From Squalus acanthias (lineage: Eukaryota): a DNA stretch of 64,000 nt. The DNA is taken from contig CM059432.1 of the NCBI GenBank assembly GCA_030390025.1, positions 30,134,001-30,198,000 of the forward strand, given 5' to 3'. Position numbers and translations under genes: made by a program. The notes under the pieces were generated by a model that worked only from the letters and a program-made list of their open reading frames with translations, was not told the origin of the DNA and ran no database searches. This document shows, piece after piece, positions 25,016 through 36,638 of this stretch (the first letter of the stretch is position 1; every line of letters begins with the position of its first letter).

Positions 25016-26092
25016 CTGCTGGAAAGGAAAAGCAGAATGATGATAACAGTTTGCCAGAGGTGTGGTTAAGTGAAAAGTTTAAAAGGGAATGTCCTGAAAT
25101 ATTCCAAGTACCAGCTTGTTTAAAGCATTTTGTTTGGCATAGATACAGACTCGCAATGCAAAACAGTGGAACCCTTTTCAGGACATGACCTTTGAAACTA
25201 AATTAAAAGGTTGCTAGGTGGCATACTGCATTGGCGCTGCAACACTCTTCACCACGGAGTGGTAGGATGTCCGTTTATCCCCTTGATCTTCCACACTATG
25301 GGCTACCAATTTCAGCCATGCCAATGTGGAGAGGGGCCAAGAGGAAGTCAGCTACTAACTCCCAGAGCAAGAATTGGAAAATCAGAGGGAGAGTCACCCT
25401 GGGGGTGCTCCCAAGACCCAGTAACTTTCAGAGAAAGGTGGAGGGCTGAGCAGGTTGCCTGCCTGTCCTCTCTCCTTGCCTTCTGACCATTTTTCATGAA
25501 CGTGCCCAGACAGTAAATGTTGGAAAACTATTCACTCTCTGGGAGAGGCCAGAGCTCAACCGAATCATATCCACATCCAACACTAAGCAAGGATCAATGA
25601 ATAGCAGAGACAGGAACCCGTGCTGATTTTTCACATATCTAACCTAGAGGCTGAGCTCAATGCAGCACTTCGTCACCACTCTTGTCACTCCCCCAGTTGA
25701 GATCAACTAACAGTATAAATGAGGGATCAAACATTCCTGATCTGTATGATTCAGTACTACAGCAAGTGGTGTAATTACAGCAAAGCTGTCAGGAATGCTC
25801 TATGATTTTAGTTTTATTTGGGGCGGGGACAACAGAATTGTACTTAATTTTAATCAGTACATGCTGGTAGCAGCTATCAGTACAGACACCGACTGTCAGT
25901 ATGCACCAAGTCCTTGATCCTCAAGTTGCAGTCTTGCTGTAGGTTTCTAAATAAGTAACTAACTCTAAATTGCTTATTCAGTAAGTTATTATTTTACACA
26001 TGGTGATATCCTAATTATAATATTGACTTGCACAACAATCAGCTCATCAATTAACATCAATCAACAGTCACATCTGAATGGTAAACACTCAC

Positions 26093-26245
26093 ATTGTTCT
26101 GTTGCTCAGAGGTATTTAAAGTTATCACCCCAATGCTGACACCCTCTGTGCTTTTCAATAACTGGACTACATCAGAGTGCTTGGACCATTTGCAATCCTG
26201 TTCGTTCACTGACACAATGTAGTCTCCTTCTCGAAGACCAGCTTC
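26093..26245 (-). CDS. RHPN1: RHPN1 exon, PDZ C-half (EAGLREGDYIVSVNEQDCKWSKHSDVVQLLK...)
   Basis: ttttgtag| acceptor, AAT|gtgagt donor, 153 nt; PDZ GLxxGDxIxxVN motif. Confidence 0.95.
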
Positions 26246-27101
26246 CTACAAAAGTTAATAAAACGTGTGTCAGTCCCAATTCATCTCTTATTATTACAAA
26301 GCAGCACAAGTATTACAAACAGGAACCTATACAGTGCTGCTACAAGTAGCGCAAAACATGCCACATCAGGCGTGCTAATTCATGAGCTCATACCCATGAC
26401 TCCCCACAAAAGGATTTCACCTGTGTCGTGGGGAAATGTAGCGAAAACGATCACAGAGAGGGAGGCACAATTTTTTTTCTTTTTAAAAAGTCACGCCATC
26501 TCATTCCTCTGAATTGGCAGCAGTCTGGCAGCAAATTAATATCTAATTTCCCCCATGGTAACAGAAGATGGTTCAGTAAGACCAAGAGAGGAAATGGAGA
26601 AAATAATAACACAGAGCATTTCTGGTATCAAGCAACACAGCATAGCAACACCCATAATAAAACCCTTTCTCATTCGAAAACTTTTTTTTAAATGTAGAAA
26701 CCTAGGTGAAGGGCCAAGTCTACAGTGCAGAACACCATCTCGGGACTTCCCTATCCCATATGCTTTCAATCCAGCTCTTGGCGTGAAATTTAACAAGGAG
26801 TCATCAAGGCATCAACTATGTCAACCAAGAATAGATTAGATAGGTGGATGAAGGGAAAAGGGATGAGAGATATGGGAACAGGGAGGGTAAATATGATTAG
26901 TACTATTTTCTCATGTGGAGGACAAACACCAACACAGGCTGGTTGAGTTGAATGGCTTGTTTATGTGTTGTAACTTCTATGTATTTCTGTCAGCTTGGTT
27001 CATTTTTTGAAGAGATTCTCTTTTTAAAGATAGCGTAAAGGCAGGAATGCAAAAATAAAAGGATTATATATCATGAGTAAAATGGAGTAAAGTATGCTTA
27101 C

Positions 27102-27248
27102 ATCTGCAGAGCCATCAGGGACAACTCCTGCGATGAGGACAGGGGAATCTCCACGCAGAGTGAATCCAAATCCTTTTTCACTTTTCTCAAGGTGAACCTC
27201 TCTGGCTGGGCTCCACCGGTTCTTGGCAGAGAAAACTGACAAAGGCCC
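27102..27248 (-). CDS. RHPN1: RHPN1 exon, PDZ N-half (GPLSVFSAKNRW...GFGFTLRGDSPVLIAGVVPDGSAD)
   Basis: ttttag| acceptor, GAT|gtaagc donor, 147 nt; PDZ GFGF loop. Confidence 0.95.
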
Positions 27249-27682
27249 CTAAAATGGGAGGAGGGGGAAATGAGGGGAAAAAGGGAAAACATATTGTTTA
27301 TAAATGCAGTTAGGATGATCTACGATTACTGTTTCAGTAGGTAACATCAAATGAGATGAATTTGCTCTCATCCGTCCTCCTTCCATCTGTTCAACGCATG
27401 ACAAATGTTAAAATGAATAGTACTCCCAAATAATACTATTAATAAAATGGAACCTCCTTTATCCACCTCAATGGAAGGGATCCACTGCTCGATAATGGAG
27501 ACGAGCAGATAATCCAGAATCTGTTTTTATATGTATGGTATAGGAATATCCCAGGCATGGGAGTGAAGACCAGTACAATGCAAAGCACAAAAGAAATGGA
27601 GATGAAATGCAATCCACAAAAGAAGCCGTATAATGAGACAATGCCTCACATTAGGCCTTGTCCTGCCAAAATATGGTAGGTA

Positions 27683-28046
27683 CAGGAAACTCTTTATTAA
27701 CCGGCACCCAAATATCCGGAAATCTCTCTTAACCGGCAAAATTCTTGAGTAGGTAACCGGGGTTTTCCTTCATCTCTCGTTTAAAATTAACTTTAAAAAA
27801 AACCCCGAGGTGTTTGCCTTGTATCGGAGCGTGTAGATTGGGAGGGGAATGTGCAGCCCGGGTAGGCAGTGGACACGACAGATGGTCAGCTGGCGGTCCC
27901 CGGGGAGACGGAGCTCCGAATGCAGGCGCATGTCAATGTGTACGGGGCTCTCGTACGTTGGGAGATATAACTCTCCATTATCCGGACTTTTTGATTAACT
28001 GGCACCACGCCGGTCCCATCGGTGCCGGTTAATAAAGAGTTTCCTG
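27683..28046. mobile_element. Tc1/pogo (Tigger-like) MITE
   Basis: Perfect 26-bp TIR CAGGAAACTCTTTATTAACCGGCACC; TA on both sides. Confidence 0.92.
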
Positions 28047-28690
28047 TAGTCAGAAGAGCAGTCAACAGAGGTTCCACTGAATAAAAAAAGGCTTTCTTTC
28101 TTTCAGTCGGCTGTCTCCCCAAGTAACTGCAGCGTGTGCAGTTTTGTGTTGGCTGCTGAGTTATTTGCTACAGTTCCATTCAATGCACAATTACATTGGA
28201 TGATATTAGAGGGCAGCCATCAGTGAATTATAAGACAGTACTCCAGTTATGGTCATTATGCCTCTGAGCTACTTCTTCCCAAGCTCCAAATATATCATCC
28301 GACAGGCTCTTTCCTCCCAGCATTCTTCCAGTGTTGAAATCAAGACACATCTCACTGCTACTCCATCTTTTTCATTCCTGAAAACTGTGGAACTCTCTGC
28401 ATTCCTTCGATAATCTCAGGCATTTAAAGCCCAAGCTTGGCATCAGCTGACAGTTGCCTCTTCACTCCTACAACTTTTCAACTTAGTGGTTACCCACCGT
28501 TAATAGCCTTGGGCCTTCAGCTTGTTTTACAATGTAAGAAAATCAGAGGGATTAAGCTGGTGATTTAACAAATAAAGGACAAGGATAAATAATTTCTATT
28601 CAAAACAACTCACATGTATTGTGCATACCCATCCTTATATCAGCTTCCTAAGCCATACTTCTCTTAACGTTACCCTTCTCTGAATGCCTG

Positions 28691-29160
28691 GGTCAGCTGT
28701 GGCTCAGTGGGTAGCACACTTGCCTCTGAGTCAGAAGGTCGTGAGTTCAAGTCCCACTTCAGGGACTTGAGCACGTAAATCTAGGCTGAAACTCCAGTGC
28801 AGTGCTGAGGGAGTGTTGCACTGTCGGAGGTGCCGTCTTTCGGATGAGACGTTAAACCAAGGCCCTGTCTGCTCTCTCAGGTGGATGTAAAAGATCCCAT
28901 GGCACTATTTCGAAGAAGAGCAAGGGAGTTATCCCCGGTGTCCTGGCCAATATTTAATCCCTCAATCAAGAAAACAAAAACAGATTATCTGGTCATTATC
29001 ACATTGCTGTTTGTGGGAGCTTGCTGTGCACAAATTGGCTGCCACGTTTCCCACATTACAACAGTGACTAAACTCCAAAAGTACTTCAATGGCTGTAAAG
29101 CGCTTTGAGATGTCTGGTGGTCATGAAAGGCGCTATATAAATGCAAGTTTTTCTTACTTT
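28691..29160 (+). mobile_element. tRNA-derived Deu-domain SINE (SacSINE1-like), full length
   Basis: A box TGGCTCAGTGG, B box GTTCAAGTCC; central TAAAAGATCCCATGGCACTATTTCGAAGAAGAG; L2-like tail. Confidence 0.8.
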
Positions 29161-29562
29161 CTTTTCCGACTGCACCAGTCACAGTTCATGGAATGGAATA
29201 TACCAAGGTTAACAGATTGGAATACATGGCAGATTTTTCGCAAAACTTGAAAAAGAATACGTCTAACTACATTAACAATGTCATAAGCCGCAAGAAAAAT
29301 ATTAAGTCAGTTGTCTGATGCCTTATTTGGAGATTTGCCTTATAACTCACAGGTAGCTATCCACGGCAGTGAGTTTTCAAGATTTTTCAAAAGAAGCTGA
29401 ATGAATAACTGGTTCGGAAAAGAATTGATGGTTATAAAAACAGGTATAAACTGAGATGATCAAATGCTCCATTGGACATAATAATTCATGTACTGTGGAA
29501 TGAGAAATGTTGTCTGAGGAGGATAGCAGGCCTAGATTGAACAAATCAATGCCATTAAAAAA

Positions 29563-30510
29563 GAGAAGGCGCACAACACCAGGTTATAGTCTAACAGATT
29601 TATTTAATTTTACAAGCTTTCGGAGCAGTTCGCTCCTTCGTCAGGTAAGTTTAGCAGTGAGAGAATCTCCCAGAATTCACAATTTAAACACAGACAAAAT
29701 ATATTCAAATCTTTCCCACATCAAAGAGCATAGCCAAGACAATGAGATGTGTCCCAGGGGGTCCAACGTGTCAAACCACCTGCTGGCTGCATATCCTGTC
29801 AATCTGTGTAGGTTCTTGGGTTAGCCTTTTTAAAAAAAAACACCTGGGAAGACGACCTGATACGTTGCAGTAAAGGATGCTCCAGAGCATGGTACATCGG
29901 CGAGACCATGCAGACACTGAGACAACGTATGAACGGACACCGCGCAACAATCGCCAGGCAGGAGGGTTGCCTCCCAGTCGGGGAACACTTCAGCAGCCAG
30001 GGGCATTCAGCCTCGGATATGCGGGTAAGCGTTCTCCAAGGCGGCCTTCGAAATACACGACAGCACAAAATCATAGAGCAGAAACTGATAGCCAAGTTCC
30101 GCACTCATGAGGAGGGCCTCAATCGCGATATCGGGTTCATGTCACGATACAGAACGTGACTTGACATCATGGCCAGTCTTCCCAGGTGTTTTTTTTTTTA
30201 AAAAGGCTAACACAAGAACCTACACAGATTGATAGGATATGCAGCCAGCAGGTGGTTTGACACGTTGGACCCCCTGGGACACATCTCATTGTCTTGGCTA
30301 TGCTCTTTGATGTGGGAAAGATTTGAATATATTTTGTCTGTGTTTAAATTGTGAATTCTGGGAGATTCTCTCACTGCTAAACTTACCTGACGAAGGAGCG
30401 AACTGCTCCGAAAGCTTGTAAAATTAAATAAATCTGTTGGACTATAACCTGGTGTTGTGCGACTTCTCATTTTTGTCCACCCCAGTCCAACGCCGGCATC
30501 TCCACATCAT
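29563..30510 (+). mobile_element. 5'-truncated Penelope-like retroelement with inverted pLTRs around a GIY-YIG endonuclease fragment
   Basis: Arms 29563-29853 and 30176-30468 are inverted (4 substitutions and a 2-nt homopolymer indel); centre encodes LIRCSKGCSRAWYIGETMQTLRQRMNGHR...EQKLIAKFRTHEEGLNRD; TSD CATTAAAAAAGAG at 29553-29565 and 30508-30520. Confidence 0.92.
30383..30421 (+). ncRNA. Minimal hammerhead ribozyme motif (CTGACGA...GAAA); mirror copy on minus strand at 29610-29648
   Basis: TTAC-CTGACGA-A-GGAGC gaact GCTCC-GAAA-GCTT-GTAA; canonical core, predicted CUU cleavage triplet. Confidence 0.82.
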
Positions 30511-30655
30511 TAAAAAAGAGGGATAATATTCTAGAAGTTTCCTCAATATCTTGAGGAGATCAGGGACTACTTATTGGAATATTTTCGTAGGCAATTTAGT
30601 GGATGGAACAGAGACCATGAGAGGATAGCGAAATGGGCTGCATTATGTACATATA

Positions 30656-30984
30656 CAGGAAACTCTCGTTTAAACGGCACCTAAATATCCGGAATTCTCT
30701 ATTAACCGGCAAAATTCAGGAGTTGGTTCAGGTAAGTTTTACTGTATATTAGTGGCCATGTAACCGGGGTTCCTGCACCTGTGGCCGTGTAACAGGGGCT
30801 CCTGGATCTGTGGCCGTGTAACCGGGACTCCTGCACAAGTGGCCGTGTAACCGGGGCTCCTGCACAAGTGGCCGTGTAACTGGGGCTCTTGTACCTTGGT
30901 AGGTATACATCTCCATTATCCGTAATTTTTAATAAAGCAGCACCATCCCGGTCCCGTAGGTGCCGGATACCAAAGAGTTTCATG
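30656..30984. mobile_element. Related Tigger-like MITE containing a minisatellite
   Basis: Diverged CAGGAAACTCT..CGGCACC TIRs, TA flanks; same subterminal sequence as 27683. Confidence 0.82.
30752..30896. repeat. 29-bp minisatellite, 5 copies
   Basis: Consensus GTGGCCGTGTAACCGGGGCTCCTGCAC(aa/ct). Confidence 0.92.
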
Positions 30985-31033
30985 TATGTATGTATGTATA
31001 TATACACACACATACACACAGACAATATATATA

Positions 31034-31619
31034 GGGGGAAAAATTTGGTTGCTTTGCGCCTCCCGGGCGCTAACTGGGCGCAAAGCAACTAGCGCCCGGG
31101 CGTGGCGTCGCCAACGCCTCCCGCGAAATTCAGCGGGAGGTTAGCGGCGGCGGTAACCGTTAGCGCCTTGCGGCGCTGCACCCTGCTATGTCCGACGGGG
31201 TCAGGGGGGCTTACCTGCGGCCGGGGCAGCACTAATTAAAGGCGAGGTGCCGGGCGGCCATTTTTGTTGCTGGCCACCTGCCAACACCTGCCCCCGTTGC
31301 CGTCCCCGGCCTCCTGACCAGCCTGCCTGCGGAGTGGTGGCTGCGCTCCGTCATCCCGGCACTCAAGACTTTTGCCGGCACTCCAATCCCTGGTGGCCCA
31401 GTTGGGTCCCGGGTTGCGCTGTGCAAGGCACCTCCCCTTTAAAAAGGGGAGGAAGGCCTGCAGTACCGCGGCGCGACGTGCCACAGCGCCACGTAGCGCC
31501 ACGATATTCACTCGCAGCGCCCCAAGAGGGAGGCGGGGCGCTTCCAGTAGCGCCCCGCTTCCCTCTTGGGGCGCTACCAATGAATTTTGGCCGCGGGGGC
31601 GCGTCTCAATTTTTCCCTC
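31034..31619. mobile_element. GC-rich Harbinger-like MITE
   Basis: GGGGAAAAATT...AATTTTTCCCTC ends, ATA flanks; hairpin at 31517-31574. Confidence 0.72.
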
Positions 31620-32227
31620 ATAGAATCAAATTGGTGATCTATTTTCTTCTTCATTGGTTGTATTCAAGTCCCTGTGTTATTCTCTTTTCAAATTAGTTCT
31701 TGGTTCTTTTTATATTTTCATTCATCACCAATCACATTATACAAAACCTTTCTTCCCAGCTAGATTTGTTTTTAGTATTAATACAGATGTCAAGGGTGAC
31801 CAAATTGAAAATTCCAAGAGAATCGACAAAAATGATTCAAGCAGCTATGGTGAAGGGATCAAATCTCGTCAGGTGCAAGTTAAAACTGGGAAGTTAGGAG
31901 TAAGAAGGGATGCTAAAGTAAAGTTGTGGAATAAGTTAATGGAGAAGGTCATTGAAGTAGACAGTGTAAATGGGTTCAAGAGTCAACTAGATCAGTCTCT
32001 GAAAAGAGAATGGATTGAGGGTTATGATGAGAGGCAGGTAGGTGGGATTAAATCAATGAAAAGGCTAAGGGCTTGTTTGTTTAATAACCTTTTCCTATCC
32101 TTAAAACTCTTCTTTAAATAATGTGAAACATCAAACAATGCAATTATCATAGGTTTTCACTGACCACAATAAGTGGGACATGATACATCAAAAGCAAAAG
32201 CAGAATTCTTATGACCAGCATACTTAC

Positions 32228-32304
32228 CAATCTGTGAAAAATATCAGTGACTTTCACTTTGGAAAAGTTTGGAGTTTTAATTTCTGGTTTCTGCTGCGTT
32301 TTTG
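32228..32304 (-). CDS. RHPN1: RHPN1 exon (PKTQQKPEIKTPNFSKVKVTDIFHRL)
   Basis: ctttgcag| acceptor, TTG|gtaagt donor, 77 nt; DIFHRL|GPLSVFSA junction is typical of rhophilins. Confidence 0.93.
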
Positions 32305-33577
32305 CTGCAAAGGAAGATCAACAGTTACTGGTTGACGTGAATTTAACTTGCTTACAGAATGCTCAGTGGACTGAAATCGCTTCTTCCATTTCCAGTCTTC
32401 GAGAATATGACTGCAAAGGGGTGATCATCAGAGAACTGTCCTTCTGTCTCCGAGACCCAGGTTCAATTCAGCCAACTGATGGGAATTCTCCTCTGTTGGC
32501 TGGTTGAAAAGGTCCTATACAAAATGAGTTTGTTCAGGTTCAATCTAGAATTCTCTCCCCCAAAAGGCTGTAGATGCTGGGTGAATTGAAATTTTCAAGA
32601 CAGATTGCCAGATTTTTATTAGGTAAGGGTATCAAGGGATATGGATTAAAAGCAGGTAAATGGCATTAAGGTGTCATCAGCCATGATCTAATTGAATGGC
32701 AGAACAGGCTTGAGGGACAGAATGGCCTACTCCTGTTCCTATATCCCAATGCAGTTCCATGGACCCACTGCATAAAATTACCACTAATTTAATACTAAAT
32801 TAACCATTTGAATGGAAGTGTGTGAGAAATGGAAGGGAAAAAAAAAATCACATTTATGCAGTAAGAGGTGTTCTTCTGGAGCTGAAATACATACTTGGGC
32901 CAGAGTAGCAGGAGCTTTATGCAGTATAAGATGCTTGTTCAGACACTAATGGGTTAAAAATCACACTCAGGTATGAAATTGATTTAACATTAGAAAAACT
33001 ATTGATATTTTATATTGTCGTGTGGTGCTGGCAGAGTGGTACTCTAGTGGAAAACACTGAAAGCGGCACTGTCATTTTGGTCCCTTTATTTTATTTCTCA
33101 GGGTGTGGGTTGATGCTGGCAAAGTCACATTCGTACTGCACTGAGTGGATTGCTAGGCCACTTCAGAGGGTATTAAGAATCAACCATTTAGTTTGGGACT
33201 GGAGTCATGTGAAGGCCAGACTGGGGTGGCAGGTTCCCCTCCCTGGAGGGCATTAATCAACCAGTTGGGATTTTATGAATCTGGCTGCTTACATGATCAT
33301 TTTTCTGTTGCCAACCCATAAATTACCACATTTACTGAATTCAATTTCAACTCACCATAGTGGGATTTGAGCTCTGAATTGTACCATAAACAGTACATTA
33401 TGGGACCCTAATACTTACTAGGCCCATTTGACGGAAGCCCAACTGCTCCTGGAACCTATGAAAAATTAGGTTCTGGAGCTGTCGGATTCATAGAGTTCAC
33501 TTCCTTTATGTGCTGTGCATAGCAGGACTGGCTGACACTGGCAGCTCATCATCGATATAATAATGCTATTAACTTAC

Positions 33578-33772
33578 GATGAATTTCTGGGGCTTCGACA
33601 GTATCAAAAAAGTCATCCTCGCGATCGATTTCAGAGTACTTCTTTAGTGATCGTTTGTGGGCAACAGCTAGCACCTCCTGCAGGATATCCATCTTCCTCA
33701 GTATCCGACACAGGCTGTGAATCCTCATTGCTTCTTCATGTTTAATTATTGCTTTCTTTAAATGAGACTTCC
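33578..33772 (-). CDS. RHPN1: RHPN1 exon (GKSHLKKAIIKHEEAMRIHSLCRILRK...EAPEIH)
   Basis: ttccatag| acceptor, C|gtaagt donor, 195 nt; end of BRO1. Confidence 0.94.
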
Positions 33773-36518
33773 CTATGGAAATTAAGGGAAAAAAGAAAGT
33801 TAGAGAGATAATCCAAAGAATACTCATTGCAGCGATTACTTAAATCAAACTGCAATTCTGTAGGAGATTAGTGATGAACTGGGATCATAACGGTCCTTTC
33901 ACCTCATGCACCCAAGTTTGAGTCCAACCCTGACTGATGGAATAAAAGTCTGTTCTGTCTTTAAACCTTAGGGATCAGAACTGATGAAATTAGCTTTGGC
34001 CAGTCTTGACCTGGTTGCTGGTGGTCACAAAAGTATCCATAATTTGGTACAAATTTTGCCCAGTGAGGCAATAAGTAGGACTGGCACTGGAAATTGAAAA
34101 CAAAAATTCACAAGGTGTTTCAGGACACAGGTTCATGCTATAGTCCTTACTGTGCTGAGCTCCCAATTTCAGCCATACCACCTTGGGGAAAGAAGGGAGA
34201 ATAGTTCCCACAGAGGAGGCGTGAAATCAGTGACAATTAATCCTGGGCCATTTTCAAGTGCTTCCTACAAACTGGTTCCAGAAGAGTATTGTATTGCAAG
34301 AGATCTGGAAGAAGGTAACATGTTATTGATGACACCATTAGAGGATAGGATGTGCATGTGGTAGCATTATGTGTTAAATCAGTTTTAAAATACTGTACTG
34401 CCAAGCAAAATGTATTTTTCCTGATGAAGTCAACACTATTCACTGGTTAAATAAAACAAAAAGAGAGAAAGGCAGGAATATGAAATAAGAATCTTCAAAT
34501 AAAAATGTTTTGCTTTCCCCATTTTCCATAGTAGGGCCCTGGCAATAATATATCACTCGCTCAGTTGGGCAAACAGTAGGATAAGGAAATCAGAAATAAA
34601 AACAGAAAATAACTTAAATACATAGCAGCTAGTCAGCATCTGTAAAAAGAAAAGGGTGAGTGAACATTTCAGTTCTATACCCTTCATCAGAAGTTCTGAC
34701 TTGTAGTGTTTTTGTTTTGATTTTGATAGCATTGTAATTTTGTTTTGACACACTAGATGGCACTGAAGGTTGGAAACTGGAAATTTAGCACAATGTTCCA
34801 ACACATTTTATTGGTAACATTTTACCTCAAGAAATCAGAGGCTAAAAAGCCTCCCTGTAAGAATCTTTCTGACATTAAGCGGAACAATGGCCTTTTTTAA
34901 AGGCAATAATATCAAAACTATACTGTTGCACTGCTGTAACTCAAACATGAAACAATTTTCTCTATTTTACAATCGCAAGTTAAAGAACTATGCAAAATCG
35001 TTAATCTTTCTTGAAATAAAAAACAGTGCTTTAATTTACCTTGCCACCTCCACCCCTACAAAAAAATGACTTCACTCTGCTCCCCTTCTGAAGAGACTGA
35101 CATGCAGTAGTGCTCCACAGGTGCTTGCAGTGCCTCACCCAAGTAGTCATTCTACATATGTGGGCTGGAGAGAACGTCAGCGGGATATTTGATTATAAAG
35201 AGGGCATTTAGCTGAGCTCAATACGGTTCTCAACCAATTCATGCGTGTACATACATACCATCGAGAGAAAGTGACCTTTCTCTCCCTAGCCCAGGACACA
35301 GAGTACTGTCTCCACTTCCTCCCCAACTGAGATTAACTAACTCAGCACAGACCATGGATCAAGATTAGTTACTTCCAAGTCGCTACACCTTGGTTTCAGC
35401 AGAGGCCGAACATATGATAAACACCATCACAAAGACCATATAAAGAACAATGCCTGCTTCCACCCCTACTTCAGCCCACTGCTGCTAAATCCTCATCCAT
35501 GCCTTTGTCACCTCCAGACTTGACTCTTCCAATGTATACTGGCTGGCCACCCATCTGCCACCCTCTGTAAACTTCAGCTCATCCAAAACTCTCCACCTGT
35601 ATCCTATCATCTATCCTCAATGACCTACATTAACTTCCCAACGCCTCCAATTTAAAATTTGCATCTTCGCGATTAAATCTCTTCATTTCTGCCCCTCCCC
35701 ATCTCTGTAACCTCCTTCAGCTGTACAAACACCTGCCTCCACTCCAAACATCCGCCGACTGGCCTTTTGTGCATCACCCTCCCTTCGTTCCATCAATTTT
35801 CCAGTTTCCCTCCTTAACCCTCGCCATCTCTACCTCCATATCCTATCTTTCAGATCCTCCCTAAAATCCACCTCCTAAGATGTACTTCTTTGGCTCGATG
35901 TCCATTTATTTCTAACTAAGCCTTTGAAGCACCATGGGATGTTTTTCTACATTAAAGGTGCTAGAGAAGTTGTTGTTGTAATCTGGGCTGCAGCTACTCC
36001 AGTGCATGACTGAGGAAATATTCAGGACAGAGGAGGTATTAAACTGAAGTCCTATTTTCCTGTTCCAGTGATCCACAAGGACTCTAAAGACCCCATTGCA
36101 GTATCTGAAAATCTCTCCCAGTGTCCTTGCCAAAATTCCTTCCTTAACATACCACCAAAAATAGATCATTCATCTCATTGCTGTTTGTGGGATGCTGCTA
36201 GTGGAGAACACAAAGTCATGTTTACCTACAAAAATACAGTCACTGTACTTCAAAAAGTAATTCACTGTGTGTAAACTAATGAGATATTTTAACATGATAA
36301 GTTGTCTATAAATGTATGGAATTATTATTACTTATTACTTTAGTAGAGAGCTTGACAATTATGAATCATTTTGAATAGATGCAGCTTTCAAAAGTCCATA
36401 AGTTTCTTAAATTAATTTAGAATAAAAGATAACATTTCAGACATATGGGTGTCAAAGATTAACTATTTCCAATAACATACTGAAATATTTGTCTTGCAAA
36501 ATCCTCGTCATTGAATAC

Positions 36519-36638
36519 CTAATTTGCGCCGCTCCTCCTTATCTTTCAGTACCGTGATTAGCGAGGGACCCTCCGGCATCGTCACATGAAGCTGCTGAAG
36601 GGCCTTTTCTTGTTCACTTTCATCATCGTCAGGACCCA
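36519..36638 (-). CDS. RHPN1: RHPN1 exon (GPDDDESEQEKALQQLHVTMPEG...EERRKLG)
   Basis: tttttcag| acceptor, G|gtattc donor, 120 nt, phase 1/1. Confidence 0.9.

Noticed and set aside
28695..28765. tRNA gene
   Set aside because: The A/B boxes belong to a SINE head that continues into the Deu core; no complete cloverleaf evident.
29507..30470. Two near-identical ORFs (29507-29824 + and 30207-30470 -) as duplicated genes
   Set aside because: They are antisense readings of the inverted Penelope arms.
30752..30896. 29-bp repeats as a CRISPR array
   Set aside because: Head-to-tail units with no spacers, inside a MITE in a vertebrate intron; no cas genes.
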